Part shown: piece by piece, positions 47,880 through 56,465 of the stretch
Position numbering within the stretch: the stretch's first letter is position 1
How the letters are laid out: the number at the start of each line of letters is the position of its first letter
Source of the DNA: a virus
Taxonomy: Duplodnaviria > Heunggongvirae > Uroviricota > Caudoviricetes > Schitoviridae
IMG/VR virus record: IMGVR_UViG_2974672511_000001
Location: 12,919-76,918 of that record
Strand: one strand, 5' to 3'
DNA length: 64,000 nucleotides
The notes under the pieces: generated by a model
The model's database searches: none
What the model was told of the DNA's origin: nothing
Seen by the model: only the letters and a program-made list of their open reading frames with translations
Position numbers and translations under genes: made by a program

Positions 47880-49069
47880 TAGTTGTATCCCACATCGAAC
47901 TCTATAATCGTCCCGAATTTAGGTGTGAACCCATGGCCCGGGAGTTTAACCCACACTACAGGGTAGTCGGGTTCTTCAGTAATCTCACGACACTCCAAGT
48001 CAGAAAAGACGATTAACACTAATGGCTTATTCTCTTCTTTATTGTAGTGATCAAAGATAGGTTCTAAAGCAGTACCACCACGACCATGGAACGTCACATC
48101 ACTTAAGTCATCACCTTTCGCAAGGTTGTAGATCTTATGGATTGAAGTATCACAGTCGATGATAGATAGCTTCTCAGGTTGGTTGTTTTCCATGATGTCA
48201 TCCAACTCAGTAATAAATGCTGAGAATTGGTGGTTCGACACAGAGCATGAGGTATCAACGGCAGCACCAATGTGGCCTAGGCTCTCAGAGAACAAAGACG
48301 GCAGGTACAGACCTTGCGATTGGTAACGACGGTTAGGCTTCTTCCATGAGAAATCTTCCTTATCGAAAGAACTCATGTAGTTCTGTAGGATCACATTCCA
48401 TGGTAGTTTAGGGTTAGTAAGGCGTTCGATAGATACCGCGATATCTCCAGGGATAGCCCCTGCTTCGCCTTTAATCTTCGCTGCAGTAGATGCTTTGATG
48501 ATTGCGTCTTCAACTTTACGTTGAACGTCAGCTTCATCTACACCACCTTTACCATCACCGTCTTTACCACCAGACTCACTACCCGCAGGTGCAAAGTCAG
48601 GTTGGAAACTAGAGTCCTGTTTACCTGGATTCTGCATCAAGTGGTGGAAGATCTTGTCCGAAGACCATTCTTTCTGGTCTTTGTACTGATGGTCAGCTAG
48701 GCCGCCTTGAATCATCTTGTAACCAGCATCGATTAACATGATGTTAATGTAGTGGTCAGTCGCCTGATTCCATACGTTGAAGTTATCTTTCTTAGTCGAG
48801 TTCATTCGCAACATGTGCTGGAATGCCACGTGCCATGCTTCGTGAGCTAGTAAGAAAATACGCTCATCAGGGCTAAGTGGTTCAAAGAAAGCAGGGTTCA
48901 CGTACAGATTTAGACCATCAGTACACGCAGTTGGACATTCGTCAGTCCAGTTAAACTTAAGACTGAATAGGATAGTGGAGATAAAGACAGAGCCTTTAAC
49001 TTGTAACAGACCGATCTTAGCTCGGTCGTACGCTTTCTGTAGTTTTGCATCTACTTTTACTGTATTCAT
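47879..49069 (-). CDS. putative metallopeptidase-like / vWA domain protein (DUF2201-like architecture)
   Basis: LAHEAWHVAFQH (HExxH) in the N-terminal half. AAVDTSCSVS MIDAS-like DxSxS and a vWA-like C-terminal half. Confidence 0.45.
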   Translation of the reverse strand: MNTVKVDAKLQKAYDRAKIGLLQVKGSVFISTILFSLKFNWTDECPTACTDGLNLYVNPAFFEPLSPDERIFLLAHEAWHVAFQHMLRMNSTKKDNFNVWNQATDHYINIMLIDAGYKMIQGGLADHQYKDQKEWSSDKIFHHLMQNPGKQDSSFQPDFAPAGSESGGKDGDGKGGVDEADVQRKVEDAIIKASTAAKIKGEAGAIPGDIAVSIERLTNPKLPWNVILQNYMSSFDKEDFSWKKPNRRYQSQGLYLPSLFSESLGHIGAAVDTSCSVSNHQFSAFITELDDIMENNQPEKLSIIDCDTSIHKIYNLAKGDDLSDVTFHGRGGTALEPIFDHYNKEENKPLVLIVFSDLECREITEEPDYPVVWVKLPGHGFTPKFGTIIEFDVGYN

Positions 49070-49070
49070 T

Positions 49071-49298
49071 TTACTCTTCCAATAGATTTAGTAGTTGTTG
49101 TTCCTGTTGGGGCTGTTCAATCGATTCTGCGTGACAGAGGAAAGGGTAATCACCTCTCACATAAACCGCTTCAGACTCGCGTAAGATTTCCAAACTCTTA
49201 TGTTCTAACCCGAAGAATCGTATCGTCCCGTCTGGGAATACGCATTTGTACGTGTAGTAATGTTTACTACCATCAGTTCTGGCGTGTATATCAACCAT
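49071..49298 (-). CDS. small protein (75 aa), C-terminal ...QQLLNLLEE
   Basis: Tightly coupled (ATGA-type overlaps). Confidence 0.4.
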   Translation of the reverse strand: MVDIHARTDGSKHYYTYKCVFPDGTIRFFGLEHKSLEILRESEAVYVRGDYPFLCHAESIEQPQQEQQLLNLLEE

Positions 49299-49570
49299 TA
49301 TACCTCCAAGAGTGAAAGCAACTTCAGTTCGTCAATGACTTCCTCTAGGTTGCCATAATGTGTTACGTTACCATCAGAATCCCGTGTAACATCCACACCA
49401 AACACACACTCGTGACATTCCATCTTACAGTTTACTTGCCCACTAGGTCTTTGTGTAGCTTTAGGGTTATGGACACAAACTTTACGTTCGCCTGCAACAT
49501 CCGAATCCATGCTTAACAGCATTGGTTTAAGATTTTCAAGACGCTTAATTGTGATTTCGTACTTATTCAT
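49298..49570 (-). CDS. small Cys-rich protein, C-terminal tag family member (...HYGNLEEVIDELKLLSLLEV)
   Basis: C-x-x-C pairs. C-terminal motif. Confidence 0.4.
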   Translation of the reverse strand: MNKYEITIKRLENLKPMLLSMDSDVAGERKVCVHNPKATQRPSGQVNCKMECHECVFGVDVTRDSDGNVTHYGNLEEVIDELKLLSLLEV

Positions 49571-49875
49571 ACTTCCTCCAATAAAGCGTCAAGCTTCTTA
49601 ATGTTGAATATCCCCATATGCTCTACCAAATGCATTGGTAGATCCTTACGCGTACGTAACTCCTTTTCCAAAGCAGTAAGTGCTTCGTCCAAGTAGGCAG
49701 GGTCACTAGTGTGCAGGTCAGGAGCATCTGAGCTGTCAGCCCATTCAGTGTTAGGGTAGCGAGCTTTCCACGCCATACGTAGTGAGTAGAATAGATGGGT
49801 TGTGGACATATGCGATATCCGCTTACCTGTACCCCATTTATTTACCCAAAGGAAATTTCCATAACTATCAAGCAT
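49567..49875 (-). CDS. small protein (102 aa)
   Basis: Coupled. Confidence 0.4.
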   Translation of the reverse strand: MLDSYGNFLWVNKWGTGKRISHMSTTHLFYSLRMAWKARYPNTEWADSSDAPDLHTSDPAYLDEALTALEKELRTRKDLPMHLVEHMGIFNIKKLDALLEEV

Positions 49876-50167
49876 CGGAATCCTCCAGAATGTCGTGTAG
49901 TTTAAGTTCCGCTAACGCATGGTCGATATCTCTATTAACCTTACACCCGCTGACCTGACTAAATAAACATCCATCACAATCGTTACTCTTGGTTACGTGT
50001 CGATAGGCGGTGGCTGTACTTACATCACCTTTACGGCAAATTGGGTTGCAGAAATTCAACTGAAAATAATCTGAATCCTCGGAGGTTTTTGCATCGCGTT
50101 CAAAAGCATTCATAACATGCATGAATTCCCTCACAGACTCTAGGGTCTTCAATACTTCTTTGCTCAT
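49868..50167 (-). CDS. small Cys-rich protein (99 aa), C-terminal ...HALAELKLHDILEDSDA
   Basis: Several Cys. Tag-like C-terminus. Confidence 0.4.
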   Translation of the reverse strand: MSKEVLKTLESVREFMHVMNAFERDAKTSEDSDYFQLNFCNPICRKGDVSTATAYRHVTKSNDCDGCLFSQVSGCKVNRDIDHALAELKLHDILEDSDA

Positions 50168-50218
50168 ATTTCTTACCTTGTGTTAGAATTACCAATATAT
50201 AACTATAAGGAGCTATAT

Positions 50219-51058
50219 ATGGCACATGTGAAAATTACAGCCGACGGACTGTATCCGTTAAATAACGGTATGAATACCAGTGAATCCACCATCTATGTAG
50301 GTGAAATCCCTACAGGAACTACTATCGCTATTGGTTTTAATGATCCAGATGGGAATTGGACTCCATTCCCAAGTGCAACATTAACTTCCCACACACCACT
50401 ATCTATTAGCCACGGGCATGATGTAATGCTCATTGCGCTTGCGGTAGATGTGTCTGGTGAAATTAACATTAGTACCAAGAAAGAAGGTCTTGGTGGCCTT
50501 GAAGGATTACTTAAAGTAATCGCTGAGAATACTACTCCAACTGAAGAACCAGAACCCACTTCAAGGGCTGTACTGGGTGGTTACACCCTAAGTTCCTTTA
50601 GGGTCAGTGAGGATATAACCTCACCCTCTTATCTTGAAGGTGTAGCACTTACTCCGTCTACTACACCTGAGTTCCAGCTAATAACTGACAGCTCTGGAGG
50701 TACTTGGATTAAGAATATCTCTTCGAGAGGAATCTCTATGGTAGGTGACTCCATTTGGCAAATAGCACAAGGTGCTGGTAACCGGGGAGAGTTTGTATTG
50801 TGGTCTGAGACCTCCACCGATGATGGTGAAACATACACTACGAACCAACTATCTCTACGTAAGAAGGTTATACTCAACCAAACAGCAGATAGCGTTGGAT
50901 TTCCCACAGGTGTAAATACATGGGCACCTGGCAGTTGTATCCGTTGGGCCATGTATAATAAACAGTCAGGTAATGTTGAGATTGCAGGACCCTCAGAAGT
51001 TATCAACGGTGAAACTGTTGAAGGTGTCTCTGTTTACTGGTACTTAACTGAAATCTAG
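50219..51058 (+). CDS. two-domain beta-rich protein encoded on the opposite strand inside the middle-gene block (function unknown)
   Basis: Start moved to the ATG at 50219 with AAGGAG RBS. Two domains joined by a TTPTEEPEPT linker. Only + strand gene between 25.9 and 64 kb. Confidence 0.5.
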   Translation: MAHVKITADGLYPLNNGMNTSESTIYVGEIPTGTTIAIGFNDPDGNWTPFPSATLTSHTPLSISHGHDVMLIALAVDVSGEINISTKKEGLGGLEGLLKVIAENTTPTEEPEPTSRAVLGGYTLSSFRVSEDITSPSYLEGVALTPSTTPEFQLITDSSGGTWIKNISSRGISMVGDSIWQIAQGAGNRGEFVLWSETSTDDGETYTTNQLSLRKKVILNQTADSVGFPTGVNTWAPGSCIRWAMYNKQSGNVEIAGPSEVINGETVEGVSVYWYLTEI

Positions 51059-51059
51059 A

Positions 51060-51323
51060 CTACTTCGTACAGGCATTAAAACTACCCAGTAACTCTCCAT
51101 CACGGTCATCGGATAGGTAAGTGTAACGTAAGTTGCAATTTTCTTGGGCCATCATGTACATTCCCCAGATTTGAGATGATTTCATATCTTCGGGACTGAA
51201 GAAGTCAGCTGTCCACCCTACGCGATGTCTAGGGTGGGTATGCATATAAGCAACCTCCGAACAGCCTTTCAGGTTAGTAGACACTTTAGGGTCCATGTAA
51301 TTAGACAGTCCTCCAATCTCCAT
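51060..51323 (-). CDS. hypothetical protein (87 aa)
   Basis: Convergent with the + strand gene. Confidence 0.4.
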   Translation of the reverse strand: MEIGGLSNYMDPKVSTNLKGCSEVAYMHTHPRHRVGWTADFFSPEDMKSSQIWGMYMMAQENCNLRYTYLSDDRDGELLGSFNACTK

Positions 51324-51373
51324 TGAGGAGAAGTAGTAAACATTTTCATGATTATCCTCTTAGCGGAAAGACC

Positions 51374-51769
51374 TTACTTTAGGCAGGCCTTTTTATTTTT
51401 ATATATACCGTAAGGCAACTTGCAGGACTTGATATAGACTTCGGGTGCAGGCAGAGTAAACAGGGTAGCCTCCTCGGGTATTGGACATTCAGTAGTGCCC
51501 AAATTGACAGGGCAGTCGTGGCGTGTCCATGCACCTCCCCGAACTTGTGCACACCCGTATCGTCTTGCTAGCTCCAATGTTAGCTCTACTTCCCTTTCAG
51601 GTCCGTCACACTCCTCTATATGGACAACCTCGATAGGTTTATGCAGTTTGGTCCACTTAGGTCCCGAGACTGTGTTTAGGTGGAGATTTATTCTCTGTTT
51701 GATATCGGTAGTGTACCCGATATACCAACAACCATCTTCTAGGCGGATAACATAAACGTATTTGGACAT
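51374..51769 (-). CDS. GIY-YIG endonuclease
   Basis: YVYVIRLEDGCWYIGYTTDIKQRINLH (GIY...YIG...R) near the N-terminus. 131 aa. Confidence 0.55.
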   Translation of the reverse strand: MSKYVYVIRLEDGCWYIGYTTDIKQRINLHLNTVSGPKWTKLHKPIEVVHIEECDGPEREVELTLELARRYGCAQVRGGAWTRHDCPVNLGTTECPIPEEATLFTLPAPEVYIKSCKLPYGIYKNKKACLK

Positions 51770-51834
51770 TAATTCTCCTTACAGCGGAAAGGCTGTGGTG
51801 GCGAGCTCCGCCTCGCCTCCGCAGTCTTGCAGCG

Positions 51835-52098
51835 TCATGCCATTAGCTCTTGCATTTTGATGTAGGCGATAGCTTCGTCAACAGTATCAAACCCACCGTG
51901 ATCAATTAAACCATCGAACTTAGCTATCTCAGACAATCCTAGAGGATTTGAAGGGTCATTGACTGCTTCTTCAACGCGTTTAACTACATCTGCGCGAGCA
52001 ACCCAGAAACCTAACCCTATTGAGCCTTCGATACACCATACCTTGCGGTATTCATATTCAGCATCATTAGGATCATACCACACTCTGAAATTAGCCAT
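51835..52098 (-). CDS. small protein, C-terminal tag family member (...GGFDTVDEAIAYIKMQELMA)
   Basis: N-terminus also resembles the members at 61128 and 57762. Confidence 0.5.
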   Translation of the reverse strand: MANFRVWYDPNDAEYEYRKVWCIEGSIGLGFWVARADVVKRVEEAVNDPSNPLGLSEIAKFDGLIDHGGFDTVDEAIAYIKMQELMA

Positions 52099-52156
52099 TA
52101 TTTAGATTCCGTGTAAAAAAGCCCATCCTTAGGATGGGCAATATAGTTAGTTAAGG

Positions 52157-52369
52157 TTAGTCTTCTTTAGTTTTAGTAACGATGCTGACTGACTCGCTGT
52201 TAATACCAATAGCTAATAGCAGACCCAGCACCACTAACACTGCTAGCGATATTGGCCATAATACTGCACCTAGTGCCACGTTAGGCCACTTCACCGGTTT
52301 ATCAGATGCTGAGACAAGTGCCCAACAGACTACTGCGTAAATTGCAGCTACGACTAAATAAGTACCCAT
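52157..52369 (-). CDS. small 2-TM membrane protein (70 aa) downstream of the SPFH gene
   Basis: Two hydrophobic helices. Confidence 0.45.
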   Translation of the reverse strand: MGTYLVVAAIYAVVCWALVSASDKPVKWPNVALGAVLWPISLAVLVVLGLLLAIGINSESVSIVTKTKED

Positions 52370-52371
52370 GA

Positions 52372-52572
52372 CTATTCCCCGTCTACAAGTTTAGAGATGT
52401 TTTTGCCAATGTTGCGAGCTTTAGTGATCTCACATTGACGTGCTTCTACTTCCGTGAGGATCTTATCCGCTTTGGCTGTAGCTTTTTCGTTCTTCGCTTC
52501 TGATTTCTCAACAAACTTCACGAGTTGACGCTGGAACCATGTGATACCAGCTAACAATGTATTTAAATTCAT
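52372..52572 (-). CDS. small coiled-coil protein (66 aa)
   Basis: Coupled. Confidence 0.4.
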   Translation of the reverse strand: MNLNTLLAGITWFQRQLVKFVEKSEAKNEKATAKADKILTEVEARQCEITKARNIGKNISKLVDGE

Positions 52573-52594
52573 AACAGTTCTACTATGAATATAA

Positions 52595-53542
52595 TTACTT
52601 AGTAGATGTTACTGGTACACCAAGTGTACTAATATCACCGTTAAGAATTGTGTGAGGCATCAAACCTTGAGATCTCTCTGCGAACTTACCTTGCACATCG
52701 ATACGCTTGTTCTCAAGGATCTGTGGAGTAAGTGACGCTGAAAGAATTTTGTTAGCTTCTGCGATCAGTTTGATAGCTTCTGCTTCACCAGTTGCACGGT
52801 CAACCATCGCCTGCTTAGCGGCAGCAGCCTCTGCGTTTACTCGGTACGCATCTGCATCTGCTGCTTCACGTTGACGGTTACCTTCACCCAACGCTTCGTT
52901 TTGTGCGATAGACGCGTTAGTTGCTGCAATTCGGTCTGCAGACTTACGCTCTTCTTCCGCTTGAATACGCTCTTGGGTTTTAAGGATTTGTGTCGCGATA
53001 CGAGGATCAAATTCAATGTCTTGGATCAACACTTCAGAAATGTTAATGCCAGTGCCTTGCAACGCTTCAGTCAAACGGTTGAAAGTGTTTTGTTGCATTG
53101 TAGATACGTTATCACTTTGTGCAAGTGAACGGCTATCTTCAAGCTTACGACCTTCATCACGAATGATTGAACGTAGCTGTTGGCGAAGCGTCTTATCAAT
53201 GTACTGAACGGCAGTACCGTAATCAGTCTTGATAGTTGGCGCCAAGTTAGCATCAATGTTGTACATGATAGTTACGTTTGCAGTCGAGTTAAAACGGTCT
53301 TGGGTAGGTAGATTCAGGCCGGCAACTTCATACTTGTCATTACGTACTGAGTAAGTATCGAATGACTTCATAGGGTTAACGATATGGAAGCCTGCACGCA
53401 GTACTTCAGTTTGATCTACTTTACCCAATAAGCTTTGAACTTTAACATCACCTTCTTGTACGATGGTGAATGAGTTTAGAGCCACGCCTACAGATAATAC
53501 TGCAGCGAGTGAAAGGCCAACTACTTTTAGAGGCATGTTCAT
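52595..53542 (-). CDS. SPFH / band-7 (HflK/C- or flotillin-like) domain membrane protein
   Basis: N-terminal TM anchor. SPFH core (EGDVKVQSLLGKV...VNPMKSFDTYSVRNDKYEV...). Long Ala/Glu-rich coiled-coil tail. Confidence 0.65.
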   Translation of the reverse strand: MNMPLKVVGLSLAAVLSVGVALNSFTIVQEGDVKVQSLLGKVDQTEVLRAGFHIVNPMKSFDTYSVRNDKYEVAGLNLPTQDRFNSTANVTIMYNIDANLAPTIKTDYGTAVQYIDKTLRQQLRSIIRDEGRKLEDSRSLAQSDNVSTMQQNTFNRLTEALQGTGINISEVLIQDIEFDPRIATQILKTQERIQAEEERKSADRIAATNASIAQNEALGEGNRQREAADADAYRVNAEAAAAKQAMVDRATGEAEAIKLIAEANKILSASLTPQILENKRIDVQGKFAERSQGLMPHTILNGDISTLGVPVTSTK

Positions 53543-53577
53543 TTGTTTTGGTTCCTATTACTATTTGGTTGTGTGGT

Positions 53578-54174
53578 TTATGCGATAGCCGCATTGAGTG
53601 CTTTAATCGATACAGTAGGTAATTTAATACCAGATGAAGGGTTATTTAGAGCTTCTGGTAAAAACTTCTCTACTTCTGGCCATACTTCACGTAATTGACC
53701 GGTAGTATTAACACCTGCTACAACGTTCTCAACATCTTTACGATAGTTAATGCGCTTAGTTTCCCAAGCTTTGAATGCATCTTGTGCACGTTTGTTTGTA
53801 CACTTCTTACGTAGTTTATGTATTTTAGCTGTAAGTTCACTATCTAGATCTAGGTCTAATGCACCACAACGATTAATAGCCTCGTTAGAATCTACATACA
53901 ATGTCCATTGGTGTCGTTTACCTGAAGAATCTGACATCACCACTCTACGATAAGAGGTTAATATTAAATCTTCTTCGGCAATCCCAGCCTTATGTGCCTT
54001 ACCTTTAAGTTCCTGACTCTCTCCCAGGACTTTCTCACGTATCAAAGCATCACGATCTTTCGTATACTGCTCACGGGTATAACGTTTAGGCTCTTTATTT
54101 TTAAGAAGCCATGCTTTCATTACACGATCTACGATATCTGTACGGGTTGTTTTATTCAGTCTGATTGAGCCCAT
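53578..54174 (-). CDS. hypothetical basic protein (198 aa)
   Basis: Lys/Arg-rich. Confidence 0.4.
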   Translation of the reverse strand: MGSIRLNKTTRTDIVDRVMKAWLLKNKEPKRYTREQYTKDRDALIREKVLGESQELKGKAHKAGIAEEDLILTSYRRVVMSDSSGKRHQWTLYVDSNEAINRCGALDLDLDSELTAKIHKLRKKCTNKRAQDAFKAWETKRINYRKDVENVVAGVNTTGQLREVWPEVEKFLPEALNNPSSGIKLPTVSIKALNAAIA

Positions 54175-54182
54175 AGTATTTC

Positions 54183-54344
54183 CTACTCTACTGTTTCTGA
54201 TTTAATAATTTCGAAGCCAGAACCCATAGGTAATTTAAATGTATTACCTGCTTTAATGATAACGGTTCTGGCATTTCTAGATTCACTTATTTTATAAGTA
54301 ATTCTCTTGTCTACTTTCGTAGCATTTTCGTACACAATTTCCAT
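54183..54344 (-). CDS. small hypothetical protein (53 aa from the internal ATG)
   Basis: The ORF-track N-terminus overlaps the csp gene, so the start was moved to MEIVYEN. Confidence 0.3.
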   Translation of the reverse strand: MEIVYENATKVDKRITYKISESRNARTVIIKAGNTFKLPMGSGFEIIKSETVE

Positions 54345-54348
54345 CGTA

Positions 54349-54567
54349 TTACTCCGCAGGGATAATCTTAAGAGCACGTTGGCCCTTGTCAGTGTCTTCA
54401 AGACCTTCAATTACGATCTCTTGACCCGGCTTTAGGAAACGGAAACCTTCCATTTCAATTACCGATTGGTGCAGAAGAATATCGTTCTCCATGCCTTCTA
54501 CTTTTGCGAAACCGTAACCACGGGTTCTGTTAAACCATTCTACGACGGCTGTTAGTTTGTTGCTCAT
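54349..54567 (-). CDS. csp: cold-shock domain protein (CspA family)
   Basis: AVVEWFNRTRGYGFAKVEG...DILLHQSVIEMEGFRFLKPGQEIVIEG: RNP1/RNP2 cold-shock motifs. Confidence 0.75.
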   Translation of the reverse strand: MSNKLTAVVEWFNRTRGYGFAKVEGMENDILLHQSVIEMEGFRFLKPGQEIVIEGLEDTDKGQRALKIIPAE

Positions 54568-55022
54568 TTGTATTGCTCCTTGACAGCAGCATCTCTTGCG
54601 ATGACTGCTTCAGTTATGTATTCAAAATACCCGACATGCTTCTGAGCGACACGCACCCTCCACATACCTTTGGGCTTGTGCCAGCCAATGCCTTTATAGC
54701 CACTGGTGTTATTAGAGTAATTCCCAGTATTAGTGGGAATTAGATTCTCTTGTTTGGTGAGTAAGGTACAGGTATCCGGCCCATAGACGCGATTACCCTT
54801 AATCAAACTATCCTTGTCTAACTCCTTACCCTCCCAATCTTGCTGGTAGAACCACTCGGCAAATACCTCGTAGTCGTGCCACTCAGGAACTACAGAACAA
54901 TCTGCGTATGTTGGATCAGTCCCCTTATAGCATCGACGCATCATTCCGGTCCAACGCGTATAAGCAGGGCTGTTCTTCCCATCAACCTTTGCGGGGAACT
55001 TCTTGTATTTGATATTCGCCAT
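54564..55022 (-). CDS. HNH homing endonuclease with AP2 domain
   Basis: Start at MANIKYKK with AAGGAG RBS. YTRWTGMMRRCYKG...CSVVPEW...LDKDSLIKGNRVYGPDTC, then GYKGIGWHKPKGMWRVRVAQKHVGYFEYITEAVIARDAA. Confidence 0.65.
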   Translation of the reverse strand: MANIKYKKFPAKVDGKNSPAYTRWTGMMRRCYKGTDPTYADCSVVPEWHDYEVFAEWFYQQDWEGKELDKDSLIKGNRVYGPDTCTLLTKQENLIPTNTGNYSNNTSGYKGIGWHKPKGMWRVRVAQKHVGYFEYITEAVIARDAAVKEQYK

Positions 55023-55030
55023 AGGACTCC

Positions 55031-56056
55031 TTAGTCGTCTGCGAATAGGTATTTCGCGTTTTGCACAATCCATTTGCGCATTACAGGGTCTTTCTTGACC
55101 GCAGGTGTACGCTTGAACATGTCACGGAAACAGATAATCTGGAATTCCATGCTCATGCGCTCTACGTACTTAACAATCTTAGCTAAATCAGCTGGTTCTG
55201 TCTTAGATGCGATAGTACCGCAAGTAAAGTACAGGGCTGACGGCTCATCCGGCACATCTAGTGTGTCAGGCTTTGCAAGGATTTGGGCGAAAGATGGTAG
55301 TTTAGAACCAAGTTCACAGTAACCTAGGAAAGCGCGAGCAGGGCCTTCGCCTATAATACCAGCCATGGCAGGCATATGTTCAGCGGTTAGGTCGTTAGCT
55401 TTACCGTAACGAGACATGAACTCCCAAGTACGAGGACACGGGAATGTCTTATCGTGATGGTTTGGATCAAATTCATGTAGCTTGTCCGGTGCGAACGCGA
55501 TGTAAGATGTAACACGAGGGTCAATACCTGCGCCATAAGCCCAAGCTAGCCACTCTTCTTCACCACCTTCAGTTTCGATTTCGAAGTGAACTAGACGAGA
55601 CTGCATAGCAGTACCAATCTTATTCACGATAGCGCCATCGTTCTTACGGTTACCTGCACACACGACATGAACATTCTCATGTAGCTTGTGCTGACCTACT
55701 TCTTTATCAAGTGCTAGCTTGTATGCAGCAGCCTGAACAGACATCGGTGCAGATGGTAATTCATCCAAGAACAGCAACCAACCGTCGAAACCGGCAGGGA
55801 TATCAGTACCTTCAATCGGGAATAGATCGAATGGAGTGAAGGTAGCACTGCCATTAACGATCGCAGGTAAACCACTTAGGTCAGTTGGATCAGAGGTAGA
55901 TAGACGGTGGTCAATCACCTTCAGGTTCATAGCCTTAGCAACTTGACGAACCATATCCGACTTACCGATGCCCGGGGCACCAGCTACATACGGTACTAGA
56001 CCCGCTTTAAGACTGTTTACAACGAATTTAGATGAAGATTTTAGTGATACTTGCAT
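55031..56056 (-). CDS. MoxR-like AAA+ ATPase
   Basis: Start moved to MQVSLK. Walker A AGAPGIGKS, Walker B LLFLDELPSAP, sensor region. ~340 aa. Confidence 0.6.
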   Translation of the reverse strand: MQVSLKSSSKFVVNSLKAGLVPYVAGAPGIGKSDMVRQVAKAMNLKVIDHRLSTSDPTDLSGLPAIVNGSATFTPFDLFPIEGTDIPAGFDGWLLFLDELPSAPMSVQAAAYKLALDKEVGQHKLHENVHVVCAGNRKNDGAIVNKIGTAMQSRLVHFEIETEGGEEEWLAWAYGAGIDPRVTSYIAFAPDKLHEFDPNHHDKTFPCPRTWEFMSRYGKANDLTAEHMPAMAGIIGEGPARAFLGYCELGSKLPSFAQILAKPDTLDVPDEPSALYFTCGTIASKTEPADLAKIVKYVERMSMEFQIICFRDMFKRTPAVKKDPVMRKWIVQNAKYLFADD

Positions 56057-56170
56057 TACTTTATTTCCTTTATTTACTTTATTTACAATGAGGTTAGTTA
56101 TCACTGAAAGCACTCGGTATGTACAAGTACTCTCATTGATAAAGCCTCCTAATAGAAGGCTTTAAATAGG

Positions 56171-56250
56171 TCGTGAGTGGGTGGATTCGAACCACCGACA
56201 ACTCCTTAGTTAAATGGTAGGAGCACTCTGACCGCTGAGCTACCAGGAGA
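56171..56250 (-). tRNA. tRNA-like element (possible degenerate tRNA gene)
   Basis: On the − strand: D-arm like tRNA-Arg (TAGCTCAGCGGTCAGAGT), perfect T-arm GGTGG-TTCGAAT-CCACC, 5-nt variable loop. The candidate anticodon stem CTCCT/AGGAG encloses a 12-nt loop and the acceptor arms do not pair, so no canonical cloverleaf. Confidence 0.35.
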
Positions 56251-56465
56251 GAATAGATTAATTGGCATAGTCCCCTAGGTTCACCGACCCAAGAGACTAT
56301 AACTATCAACCCAAAAGGTTAGTGAAGCCTAGGATTGCTCCCAATGGGAATGCTAGAACTCCTATGGCTTTAAGAAGTACCCAACCAGTTACTACACCGG
56401 CTGAAGCGATTTGAACGATGTTGAGTATCCAGCCGATGAAGGCCAGAAGACCAAGTATTTGTATA

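Noticed and set aside
56171-56250. Calling a specific tRNA isotype or anticodon
   Set aside because: The anticodon-arm candidate has a 12-nt loop and the acceptor arms do not pair, so no anticodon can be assigned. Kept only as tRNA-like.
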